Origin: Candidatus Methanoperedens sp.
GTDB lineage: Archaea; Halobacteriota; Methanosarcinia; Methanosarcinales; Methanoperedenaceae
Length of the DNA: 32,000 nt
Reading direction: 5' to 3'
Assembly: GCA_027460535.1 (NCBI GenBank)
Contig: JAPZAR010000027.1
Coordinates: forward strand, 210,001-242,000
The position numbers were made by a program, and so were the translations under genes. A model generated the notes under the pieces. It searched no databases. It saw only the letters and a program-made list of their open reading frames with translations, and was not told the DNA's origin. Positions 23,955-32,000 of this stretch are shown here, one piece after another. The first letter of the stretch is position 1, and each line of letters starts with the position of its first letter.

Positions 23955-25101
23955 TCTTATACTGAAAAATATCACGCAGAGAAAACTCAGGACAGGACTC
24001 ACAGTATTCGGCATAGCCCTTGGCATATTTGCAGTAATAGTTATGGGCGGGATGTCTGAACATTTCAATATCACTTTTGACCGGTCCATCAGCCTTACAG
24101 CCGATAAGATCCGGGTGCTTCCTGAAGGAGGGTTCTTTGGGGGTGCACTTAATGAATCTAAAGTCCGGGAGGTCAAAAGGGTTCCAGGAGTTTCAGATGC
24201 GTATGGGTTATTGCAGGCCCCTCTCGATCCGGAAAACCTGGGAATTTTTGGGGGGGACGTCATCATTGGTATTCCCCCCGAGAAACAGGAGGAAGCGATG
24301 AAGGATACAAAGCTTACGCAAGGTCGCTTTTTGGTTACGGGAGACGGTTACCGGGCAGTCATCGGCAGCAGCGTTGCTCGAGAGTTCAATCTTAACGTGG
24401 GGGATGAGCTTGAGATAAAAAGCAAACGCGTACAGCGCACGGCGACCATAACACATACCAGAAATTTTACTATTGTAGGGATACTGGAATATACAGGTTC
24501 CTTTTTTGATAACGGTGTGCAGATACCCCTGGATAAGGCCCAGAAATTCTATAACCAGGAAAATGCAGTTTCATTCATTCTGGCCATCCCGGGCCCGGAT
24601 ACGAACCCTGAAGACCTTGCAAAAAGGATAGAGTTGAATGTCGAGAGGGTTACCACCTTTTCCCCCGAGCAGTTGAGAAAACAGATCGAACAGTCGCTGG
24701 TAGTCTTCAGTCTGATCACGGTTAGCGCTGCGGCGCTTGCGGCGATAATAGGAGGACTCAGTGTCATGAACACGATGCTGATGTCGGTTTCGGAAAGGAC
24801 AAAGGAATTCGGTCTCATGAAAGCGCTAGGCGCCGAGACAAAGGATATTCTTTTCATGACAATGGGAGAAGCTGCGCTTATGGGAATACTTGGGGGGATT
24901 TTTGGAATTATCAGCGGTGCGGCGTTTGTCTATCGAATGAACGACTACCTGGCTTCCAAAGGGACCATACTTTTCACTATCACCCCGAGGCTGCTGGTTA
25001 TCGCTGTTGTTTTTGCCACTCTTCTTGGCATCCTCTCAGGGACATATCCGGCTTACAGGGCGGCGAAAATGAGCCCCATGGAGGCTTTGCGATATGAATG
25101 A
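23947..25101 (+). CDS. ABC transporter permease, MacB/FtsX family (4 TM with a large extracytoplasmic domain)
   Basis: The N-terminus NITQRKLRTGLTVFGIALGIFAVIVMG is followed by a ~230-aa loop domain. The FtsX C-terminal module follows (ERTKEFGLMKALGAETKDILFM ... PAYRAAKMSPMEALRYE). Confidence 0.85.
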   Translation: MFDLILKNITQRKLRTGLTVFGIALGIFAVIVMGGMSEHFNITFDRSISLTADKIRVLPEGGFFGGALNESKVREVKRVPGVSDAYGLLQAPLDPENLGIFGGDVIIGIPPEKQEEAMKDTKLTQGRFLVTGDGYRAVIGSSVAREFNLNVGDELEIKSKRVQRTATITHTRNFTIVGILEYTGSFFDNGVQIPLDKAQKFYNQENAVSFILAIPGPDTNPEDLAKRIELNVERVTTFSPEQLRKQIEQSLVVFSLITVSAAALAAIIGGLSVMNTMLMSVSERTKEFGLMKALGAETKDILFMTMGEAALMGILGGIFGIISGAAFVYRMNDYLASKGTILFTITPRLLVIAVVFATLLGILSGTYPAYRAAKMSPMEALRYE

Positions 25102-25837
25102 AAGATCCGCGGGGAACGCTGGTTTATCGGAAAGCGTCCCGATACTGCGCGTCAGGAACCTTTCAAAAGTGTATATGCAGGGTAAGATCCCGGTCAATGC
25201 GCTCGATGATGTGAGTTTTGATGTTGGTAAAGGAGAGTTCCTGAGTATAGTCGGCCCATCAGGGAGCGGTAAGTCCACCCTCCTCTCAATGACAGGACTT
25301 CTGGATAAACCTACGAGCGGCAGAGTCTTCATTGATGGCACAGAGATCACAATGGCAAAGGAAAGCGAAGCCCCCAGGATACGCCGCGAAAAAATCGGTT
25401 TTGTGTTCCAGCACTTCAACCTCATTCCTACGCTTTCTGCAGTAGAGAACGTTGACATCGCAATGCGTTTTGCCAGAGTATCGAAAAGCAGGCGAAAAGA
25501 AAGAGCCGTCGAACTCCTCACACAGATGGGACTTCGCGACAGGATGAACCATAAACCCTCTGAATTGTCAGGGGGAGAGCAGCAGCGTGTTGCCATAGCG
25601 AGGGCCATGGCAAACCGCCCTGCAATCATCCTTGCAGATGAGCCCACGGGGAACGTGGATACAAAGACGCGCGATAAAATAGTTGACCTTTTGACCGAGC
25701 TCTGCGAAAAAGGTCAGACGATCCTTGTTGTGACACATGATTCGGCTGTGGCAGAACGGACATCGCGGACGATATCTATGCGTGATGGGAAAATCGTAAC
25801 TGATGTGCGGCAGGGAAAAAAGGATGAAAGAGAGTGA
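25094..25837 (+). CDS. ABC transporter ATP-binding protein (MacB/LolD type)
   Basis: Walker A is GPSGSGKST, the signature is LSGGEQQRVAIARA, Walker B is ILADEPTGNVD and the H-loop is VVTHD. The gene overlaps the permease by 8 nt (ATGAATGA). Confidence 0.9.
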   Translation: MNERSAGNAGLSESVPILRVRNLSKVYMQGKIPVNALDDVSFDVGKGEFLSIVGPSGSGKSTLLSMTGLLDKPTSGRVFIDGTEITMAKESEAPRIRREKIGFVFQHFNLIPTLSAVENVDIAMRFARVSKSRRKERAVELLTQMGLRDRMNHKPSELSGGEQQRVAIARAMANRPAIILADEPTGNVDTKTRDKIVDLLTELCEKGQTILVVTHDSAVAERTSRTISMRDGKIVTDVRQGKKDERE

Positions 25838-26432
25838 TGTCCTGCTCGACGTAATTAGAAAGCGTCGAAGCGTCAGGCATTTTAATAGCATGAAAATCCC
25901 AGAGGAGTATATGGGATTGATACTGGAGGCGGGCAGGTGGGCTCCCTCGGGCGCGAATGCCCAGCCCTGGCGTTTCATCATCGTAACCCGGAAGGAATTG
26001 CTCTCCTCCCTAGGAGAAGCGTGTTACTATAAGGTATTCAAATCCCGCCAGGTGGGAGAGGCCGGCGCAGTGGTGGTGATCTGCGCAGACCCTGATGCAG
26101 GGAGCATGACCTATGGTCTGGATTCAGCGATATCAGGGACAAATATGACCCTCATGGCAACATCGCTGGGCATAGGCTCGTGCTGGATAGGCGGATTCGA
26201 AGAAGAGACGGTGCGAAAAATCCTGGGTATACCTTCGAACCTGGTCATAATAGCACTGATCACCCTGGGATATGAGATTGGAAATGCATCTGTTCCTCCA
26301 AGGCTTCCTCTCGCAAGTATCGTTCATAGTGAGGCTTACGGGAGTGAGCCGGGCATTATGGTGAAAATGAAGCATGCAGGTCCTATTTCCGTCCTCGGTA
26401 AATTATTAGGCGTATTATTCAATAGGCGGTAG
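25824..26432 (+). CDS. Nitroreductase-family FMN oxidoreductase
   Basis: The blocks IRKRRSVRHF, APSGANAQPWRFIIV and SCWIGGF identify the family. ATG 25824 (MKESDVLL) lies inside the last codons of the ABC ATPase gene; the track start is 25803. Confidence 0.8.
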   Translation: MKESDVLLDVIRKRRSVRHFNSMKIPEEYMGLILEAGRWAPSGANAQPWRFIIVTRKELLSSLGEACYYKVFKSRQVGEAGAVVVICADPDAGSMTYGLDSAISGTNMTLMATSLGIGSCWIGGFEEETVRKILGIPSNLVIIALITLGYEIGNASVPPRLPLASIVHSEAYGSEPGIMVKMKHAGPISVLGKLLGVLFNRR

Positions 26433-26499
26433 GATGGTCGCGAAAAAGAAAGGTTGATGCACTTATAAGGATGCCCTGATTAACATCTATAATAAGATT

Positions 26500-26703
26500 T
26501 TAAGAATGCTGTGTATTTAAATTCCTAACTTCTTCGGTCTGGGCCGTAATCCATAGACGCACCGTGAAAGCTTCTATAACCATCATCACCACCACTAGGA
26601 CAGCAGCATTATTATATCTCCCGGTGCCCAATTCATACCCCGTCCATACCTGTACAGGAACCAATAGAGCATACAACAAACCAGTAAGAGTAATTCTTTT
26701 CAT
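26500..26703 (-). CDS. Small two-TM membrane protein, hypothetical
   Basis: ATG at 26703 overlaps the stop of the upstream Cys-rich gene (ATGA at 26700-26703). The product MKRITLTGLLYALLVPVQVW ... AAVLVVVMMVIEAFTV has two hydrophobic helices. I recognise no family. Confidence 0.4.
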   Translation of the reverse strand: MKRITLTGLLYALLVPVQVWTGYELGTGRYNNAAVLVVVMMVIEAFTVRLWITAQTEEVRNLNTQHS

Positions 26704-27245
26704 AATTTTAAGTCTCCGGAAACAGCAGTGATTTTTTTTCGATAACAATTATGATTCAGGTGATTGTACATTACCTTCCAATCATAGGGCAAATGTTCAA
26801 TAATCGACTGCCAGCATTCCATCGTAGTTTTTATGAAGCCTGCGGATACCTCATTCAACATCGGACAATAATCATCAACCAGATAAAAATCAATTATATT
26901 TCCTTTATCTAATCGAAACCGCGGAACTATGGGAAAACTTCGGCAATCAAACGGACGTTTCTTATGAATAGTACAGATTCCGGAAGAATGCAATTTTTTG
27001 CAGGAATATCCCCTGGGTTGGTAACAATACCCGCATCCATCCCTTAAAAACGTCCTGCTTTGCTCGTTTTCAATGCCCATAAGCTCATCCTCATAAGGCA
27101 CGAGCATCAGGGTTTCTCTATCTTCACACAACCTGCAGCCATGTGGGCATATGCAGGATAGCTCATCTGTAACTCTATAGATTTGTTCCAATCCAATAAG
27201 TACCTGACTTTTATCAACAATTCCATTGACCATGGCCATAGCCAT
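26700..27245 (-). CDS. YkgJ-family cysteine-cluster (putative Zn/Fe-chelating) protein
   Basis: The 181-aa product has CICPHGCRLCE near the N-terminus. The block GCGYCYQPRGYSCKKLHSSGICTIHKKRPFDCRSFP matches the C ... C-x-I-Y/H-x2-RP-x2-CR-x-FP pattern of the YkgJ/CxxCxxCC family. GAGGT lies 5 nt upstream of the ATG. Confidence 0.55.
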   Translation of the reverse strand: MAMAMVNGIVDKSQVLIGLEQIYRVTDELSCICPHGCRLCEDRETLMLVPYEDELMGIENEQSRTFLRDGCGYCYQPRGYSCKKLHSSGICTIHKKRPFDCRSFPIVPRFRLDKGNIIDFYLVDDYCPMLNEVSAGFIKTTMECWQSIIEHLPYDWKVMYNHLNHNCYRKKITAVSGDLKL

Positions 27246-27547
27246 TTAACCTCACATTGACCACTGCAATATCACATAACATCTGAGTACTAATAAACTT
27301 TCCCCTCCAATAATCATAGTCATAATAATTTATGATAGTGAGGATAATTATTTCATTCTTTGATTATTTCCTCCGTGGTCTCTGGCCGTGGATATGTGAT
27401 GGAAATCCCATTTACGAGAGCCCATGGAGTTATCGAATGAGCCATGCCCTATTGTAAATATGAGGAGCTGAATATCTTTATTCATGCAAGTACCCTCATC
27501 AACAAAACGGCTAGTAAAAGATTAAAATGGATGAACTCTGAAAGGGT

Positions 27548-27940
27548 TCAATATCTCCTCGGCCGGCACTTATCCAGCAGAATGGCTTTTCTGGCAGTCT
27601 CTATATCATCCGTTTTGAGTCTCATTTTGAACCACCACTTGTTGCCGCCTTCATCCACGCTGCCCACGGAAACCATCCAGAATTCTCCATCAATTACAGC
27701 CAGCCCGTAATCATCCCCGAACCATTCAGTTACTTGCTCTATGACTTTATCGGTTTCTTCCAGGGGCAGATCATAAAATGATTTCTTGTCTTCATACCTA
27801 TCCAGGAACTTATCTGTCCCTTTCTTCCAGGTTTCATCAAAAAAATCATCAAGCAGGTTCAAATCCCTGAGACATTTCAACCCTACTTCCATTTTATTAA
27901 ATTTGTCTTTTGTCTGTTCGGTATTTCTATCTAAACTCAT
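27548..27940 (-). CDS. Hypothetical acidic cytoplasmic protein (130 aa)
   Basis: The ORF has a strong SD-like AGGGGTGG 7 nt upstream of the ATG and a protein-like charged composition (DDFFDETWKKGTDKFLDRYEDKK ... GLAVIDGEFWMVSVG). I recognise no family. Confidence 0.5.
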   Translation of the reverse strand: MSLDRNTEQTKDKFNKMEVGLKCLRDLNLLDDFFDETWKKGTDKFLDRYEDKKSFYDLPLEETDKVIEQVTEWFGDDYGLAVIDGEFWMVSVGSVDEGGNKWWFKMRLKTDDIETARKAILLDKCRPRRY

Positions 27941-28123
27941 AACTTTGCCACCCCTTATTATGATGAATAATATGGGATAACAGAGGTATAAATGTTATTA
28001 AACGGTCACTGTATAATTTATGTTCCTGTTCTTTTTTAATTTTTCAACCGTTAAAGATAAGTTTGCAAAATTACATACATATCAAGGGGTTCATAAAGCG
28101 GGCGTTGATTAAAGGTGATAAGC

Positions 28124-29839
28124 ATGAACTTCAAGCATGATATCGTTATAATAGGTTCAGGTCTTGCCGGGCTTCGGGCGGCTGTTGAGTGTGTGGAGGA
28201 AGCAGATGTTGCAATAGTTAGCAAAGTCCTTCCAACGCGATCCCATTCGGGTGCAGCCCAGGGCGGGATAACAGCTTCAATCGGCAATGAAGAAGAAGAC
28301 CACTGGGAATGGCACATGTTCGATACTGTCAAGGGAAGCGATTACCTTGCAGACCAGGATGCTGTGGAAATAATGGTCAGGGATGCTCCCCGTGTGATCT
28401 ATGAGCTCGAGCATATGGGTGTTCCTTTCAGCCGAAATGCAGAAGGCAAAATTTCCCAAAGAAATTTCGGAGGGCATACCAGGGATTACGGCAAAAAACC
28501 TGTAAAAAGAGCCTGCTATGCCTCTGACAGGACTGGAAGGGTGGTCCTGGACACGCTGTACGACCAGTGCCTGCGGCATCAGGTAAAGTTCTACGCTGAG
28601 CATTATGTCCTTTCTCTTGTCCTTGAAGAAGGGAAGTGTTCGGGGCTGGTGACCTATGACCTCTCCTCGGGCGACCTCAATCTCCTTGAAGCCAGAGCAG
28701 TACTTTTGGCAACAGGAGGTTGCGGCAGGATTTTTAGGACCACATCCAATGGATTTGCATCGACCGGGGATGGTCTTAATCTGGCGCACAGGGCAGGGAT
28801 CCCCCTCATGGATATGGAGTTCGTCCAGTTCCATCCCACCGGGCTTTATCCCCTGGGTATCCTGTTGAGCGAAGCGGCAAGAGGAGAGGGCGGGATTTTA
28901 CGGAACAGCCTGGGTGAGCCATTCATGGAACGATACGCTCCTACAGTAAAAGATCTGGCAGCCAGGGATGTGGTCTCCAGGGCCATTCTCACCGAGGTGC
29001 GCGAGGGCAGGGGTTTTGAAGGAGGTTATGTGCATCTTGACCTGACTCATCTGGGAGAAAAAAAGATCCTTGAGAGGCTGTGGGAATTAACCTCATTTGT
29101 AAGGATATATCTGGGCATCGATCCAGTACGCGACCCGATCCCTGTGTACCCAACATGCCATTACCTTATGGGAGGTATCCCAACTGATACTGAAGGAAGG
29201 GTGCTTCATGACGGTTCAGGCGGGACCGAAAAGGGATTGTACGCTGCGGGAGAATGCGCCTGTGTATCCGTGCATGGTGCAAACAGGCTTGGGTGTAATT
29301 CCCTTCTTGATACGCTCGTGTTCGGGCGAAGGTGCGGATTGGCAATGAAGGAGGATATTTTAAAAATTGAATATTACCCCATCTCTGATGAGCCATTGAA
29401 AGAAGCGGGGCAGATGATAGCGGGCTTGCTTAACCATAAGGGCGGGGAAAGCATCGATGGAATCCGTCGGAATATGCAATCGCTGATGATGGATTATTGT
29501 TCCGTCTTCAGGGATGAGGAAAGCCTGAAGAAAGGGCTTCTGGATATCCGATCACTAAAAACGCGCTTTCGTGACATAGAGATCGCGGATAAAGGCAGGA
29601 ATTTCAATTATGAACTCATGGAAGCGATTGAGCTGGGACATCAGCTTGACCTGGCAGAGGTTATCCTCTCAAGCGCCCTCCACCGTAAAGAGAGCCGTGG
29701 AGCCCACTTCCGGGAAGATTTCCCTGCAAGGGATGACAATAACTATCTGAAACATACCCTTGTCTTCCCAACCCGGGAAGGGGTTACCTATAAACCTGTG
29801 AAAATAACACGATTCCAGCCTGAGGCGAGGGTGTATTGA
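28124..29839 (+). CDS. sdhA: Succinate dehydrogenase / fumarate reductase flavoprotein subunit
   Basis: The blocks are DIVIIGSGLAGLRAA, RSHSGAAQGGI (the His for covalent FAD), FVQFHPTG, EAARGEGG and HGANRLGCNSLLD. ATG 28124 is preceded by AGGTGA; the track start is GTG 28115. Confidence 0.9.
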   Translation: MNFKHDIVIIGSGLAGLRAAVECVEEADVAIVSKVLPTRSHSGAAQGGITASIGNEEEDHWEWHMFDTVKGSDYLADQDAVEIMVRDAPRVIYELEHMGVPFSRNAEGKISQRNFGGHTRDYGKKPVKRACYASDRTGRVVLDTLYDQCLRHQVKFYAEHYVLSLVLEEGKCSGLVTYDLSSGDLNLLEARAVLLATGGCGRIFRTTSNGFASTGDGLNLAHRAGIPLMDMEFVQFHPTGLYPLGILLSEAARGEGGILRNSLGEPFMERYAPTVKDLAARDVVSRAILTEVREGRGFEGGYVHLDLTHLGEKKILERLWELTSFVRIYLGIDPVRDPIPVYPTCHYLMGGIPTDTEGRVLHDGSGGTEKGLYAAGECACVSVHGANRLGCNSLLDTLVFGRRCGLAMKEDILKIEYYPISDEPLKEAGQMIAGLLNHKGGESIDGIRRNMQSLMMDYCSVFRDEESLKKGLLDIRSLKTRFRDIEIADKGRNFNYELMEAIELGHQLDLAEVILSSALHRKESRGAHFREDFPARDDNNYLKHTLVFPTREGVTYKPVKITRFQPEARVY

Positions 29840-30558
29840 TGAAAATGAAATTCAAGATTTTCCGGTTCGACCCTGAGAAGGATGAGAGATCCTATTATCA
29901 GGATTTCGAGGTGGAAGCCGATCCAATGGAACGAATTCTGGACTGCCTTAACCGCATTCGAGTGGAAAAGGATCCCACATTGTCATACAGGATGTCCTGC
30001 GGTCATGGGGTGTGCGGGTCTGACGGGATGAGGATAAATGGCACGAGCTCCCTCGCATGCCAGAAGCTGGTCAAGGATTTTAAAGAGAATGAGGAGGTGC
30101 TGATCGAGCCCTTACAGGTGTTCAGGGTGCTAAAGGACCTGGTTGTGGATATGGATCCATTCTTTGAAAGATACAATTCCATCAAACCTTATCTTATCAT
30201 AGCAACTCCTCCACCGGATAAAGAGCGGCCCCAGTCCATTGAAGAGCACCAGAAGTTTGAGGATGCCATCCGCTGCATTCTGTGCGCCTGCTGCACTGCT
30301 TCTTGCCCTGTCAATCAGGATAAAGCCACGCAGGCGTATATCGGTCCTGCTGCGCTTGTCCGGGCATTTCGGTATCTTTTCGATTCAAGGGATGAAGGTT
30401 CGAAAGAGAGGATCGCCCTGCTGGACGATAAGGACGGGGCGTGGGGATGCCAGACAAAGTGGATGTGCACAAGAGTATGTCCCAAGGAGATACCTGTTAC
30501 GAAAGAGATATTCGAAGTCAAAAAGCGTATTCTGGAGAGCAGGGAAGTGAAAAAATAA
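29839..30558 (+). CDS. sdhB: Succinate dehydrogenase / fumarate reductase iron-sulfur subunit
   Basis: The [2Fe-2S] motif is SCGHGVCGSDGMRINGTSSLAC, the [4Fe-4S] motif is CILCACCTASCP and the [3Fe-4S]-type motif is CQTKWMCTRVCP. The ATG shares a base with the sdhA stop (TGATG); the track start is TTG 29836. Confidence 0.9.
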   Translation: MKMKFKIFRFDPEKDERSYYQDFEVEADPMERILDCLNRIRVEKDPTLSYRMSCGHGVCGSDGMRINGTSSLACQKLVKDFKENEEVLIEPLQVFRVLKDLVVDMDPFFERYNSIKPYLIIATPPPDKERPQSIEEHQKFEDAIRCILCACCTASCPVNQDKATQAYIGPAALVRAFRYLFDSRDEGSKERIALLDDKDGAWGCQTKWMCTRVCPKEIPVTKEIFEVKKRILESREVKK

Positions 30559-30641
30559 TTAAAAAAACCTGTCCGCGATTTCAAATGCCCCGGGTTTTCT
30601 TTTCGGAAAGTGTTTTCCCTGCCATGTATTCCAACCTCCGC

Positions 30642-30666
30642 TTAACACGTGTTATTTTCGTGTTAA
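30642..30666 (+). promoter_or_regulatory. 8-bp perfect inverted repeat (TTAACACG n9 CGTGTTAA) between sdhB and citrate synthase
   Basis: The arms are at 30642-30649 and 30659-30666. They lie downstream of a T-rich tract (GGGTTTTCTTTTCGG) and about 75 nt upstream of the citrate synthase ATG. Confidence 0.3.
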
Positions 30667-30739
30667 TTAAATAGATTCTGTTCCGTATGATAAAACTTAT
30701 TATCTGCCGAGTCCTTCTAAAAAGCAGGGGTGGTCATAC

Positions 30740-31912
30740 ATGCCGGAAACCAAAGATATCGGATTAAGGGGTGTCCCTGTTGCTGATACAAAAATAAGTG
30801 CAGTGGATGGGGAAAAAGGGAGATTGATCTACCGTGGATATGAGATCGAGGCACTTGCTGAAAATTCAACCTATGAAGAAACAGTCTATTTGATGCTCTA
30901 TGAGACCCTTCCCACAAGGAAAGAATTAGAAATATTTAAAGAGACCCTCGCTTCCGAAAGGCAGCTTCCGGCAGGGATCATCCGGCATTTGAAAAAGAGG
31001 AAAAAGACTGCCCATGCAATGGATGTTCTCCAATCCGTGATTCCAATGCTTGCAGATTTCGATGATACTACAAGGGCAAGCACAAAAGCCGCCCAGATAA
31101 AAACCTCTGTACGGCTTGTAGCCAAAATGGCAACTGTGGTTGCGTACTGGGACAGGATCCGTAAGAATCTTGATATAATGAAACCGGATGAAACACTGGG
31201 GGCGGCAGCAAACTTCCTGTATATGCTGAACGGGGAAATACCTGATAAGGAGACCGCAAAGGATTTTGATATCTGTCTTGTGCTTCATGCCGAACACTCC
31301 TTTAATGCCTCTACTTTCGCTGCGAGGGTGGTGGCATCGACACACGCCCATATGTATGCGTGCGCCGGGGCTGCACTTGGTGCGCTTTCAGGTGAACTCC
31401 ACGGGGGAGCCAATGCCCAGGTAATGAAAATGCTTTCTGATATCGACAGGTTGGACCGGGTCGAGAAGTGGATAAATTCAAAACTGGATGCTGGAGAAAA
31501 GATCATGGGCATGGGCCATGCGGTGTATAAGACCTGGGATCCTCGTGCAAAGATACTATCTGGCATTTCAGAAAAACTTGCGGAAAGGACAGGAAATACA
31601 AAATGGTTCGATCTGTCCCGGAAAATTGAAAGTGTAACCAGAGCGGAATTTAAAAAGCGCAAAGGAAAAGAAATCTATCCGAATGTGGATTTTTACAGTC
31701 CTTCTATTTACTGCATAATGGGGATTGATCCTGACCTCTTTACCCCGGTATTTGCTGTTTCAAGGATCGCAGGATGGTGCGCGCATATTATTGAAGAGAA
31801 ATTTGCCGAAGCGCAGCCAAAAGCCGTCATTTACAGGCCGGAAGCTGAATATATCGGAAGATATTGCGGGCTTGAAGGATGCAAGTACATGCCTTTAGAG
31901 AAACGCGAATAA
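30740..31912 (+). CDS. gltA: Citrate synthase
   Basis: The 390-aa product has LRGVPVADTKISAVDGEKGRLIYRGYEI, LVLHAEHSFNASTFAARV and GMGHAVYKTWDPRA (catalytic His residues). AGGGGTGG is the SD-like site upstream. Confidence 0.92.
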   Translation: MPETKDIGLRGVPVADTKISAVDGEKGRLIYRGYEIEALAENSTYEETVYLMLYETLPTRKELEIFKETLASERQLPAGIIRHLKKRKKTAHAMDVLQSVIPMLADFDDTTRASTKAAQIKTSVRLVAKMATVVAYWDRIRKNLDIMKPDETLGAAANFLYMLNGEIPDKETAKDFDICLVLHAEHSFNASTFAARVVASTHAHMYACAGAALGALSGELHGGANAQVMKMLSDIDRLDRVEKWINSKLDAGEKIMGMGHAVYKTWDPRAKILSGISEKLAERTGNTKWFDLSRKIESVTRAEFKKRKGKEIYPNVDFYSPSIYCIMGIDPDLFTPVFAVSRIAGWCAHIIEEKFAEAQPKAVIYRPEAEYIGRYCGLEGCKYMPLEKRE

Positions 31913-32000
31913 GAATGTTTCCAAATTTTAAAGCGAAAAACTTGATACTAAAATTTAAAGAAATTTTGAAAAATGAGGTGAGTGACCTTTACCCGGGTTA

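Noticed and set aside
27348-27485. A 45-codon minus-strand ORF (MNKDIQLLIFTIGHGSFDN...) has a start faintly reminiscent of DUF488 proteins (xYTIGHS). It could be a gene remnant in the non-coding gap of the A/T-rich cassette.
   Set aside because: The similarity is limited to about six residues. Nothing DUF488-like continues in any frame downstream. This is too weak to call a pseudogene.
1-32000. I searched by eye for CRISPR arrays, tRNA/rRNA genes, transposases, integrases, long tandem repeats and terminal inverted repeats.
   Set aside because: No regularly spaced repeats appear, no cloverleaf-like GC-rich segments lie in the intergenic gaps, and there are no recombinase-like ORFs. The only tandem repeat is the 2.3-copy 10-mer at 3689-3711. 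A proper scan (tRNAscan, Rfam, repeat finder) is still advisable.

Overview
This window is a densely coding chromosomal segment from a methanogen/ANME-type euryarchaeon, probably Methanosarcinales-like. The diagnostic genes are formylmethanofuran dehydrogenase fwdB/fwdD, archaeosine synthase ArcS, archaeal PurP, a Dpo4/DinB polymerase and a PGF-CTERM surface protein. GGTG/GAGG ribosome-binding sites and A/T-rich TATA-like boxes fit the same assignment. I call 35 protein genes; one, at the left edge, is missing from the supplied ORF track because it runs off the window. I see no rRNA, tRNA, CRISPR array, transposase or integrase. Housekeeping content includes msrA, arcS, dinB, purP, lysA, htpX, rnhA, rubrerythrin and flavodoxin. 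It also includes sdhA/sdhB, citrate synthase, a CitG-like/DUF447 cofactor pair and a MacB-type ABC transporter. The unusual part is a scattered set of envelope redox genes. These are a translationally coupled CcdA plus membrane-anchored thioredoxin pair, and a lipoprotein that fuses a cytochrome P460-like mono-haem domain to a blue-copper domain. There is also a secreted double-cupredoxin protein with a Cna-B/SdrD-type stalk domain. Other points worth a second look:
- a three-gene fwd operon with only fwdB and fwdD behind an RnfB/CFeSP-type Fe-S ferredoxin (no fwdA/fwdC)
- an A/T-rich HEPN-MNT toxin-antitoxin pair wedged into a same-strand gene array
- a DUF447 gene whose apparently conserved N-terminus has no canonical start codon
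- a perfect 12-bp inverted repeat that buries the msrA start codon
- a tightly coupled htpX / PspAB-like / RNase HI operon
- an overlap-chained surface-protein / ABC / nitroreductase cluster
- a roughly 1.7-kb A/T-rich opposite-strand cassette of uncharacterised genes
- anchor-less sdhAB next to citrate synthase
All functional calls come from motif recognition by eye; no database search was possible.
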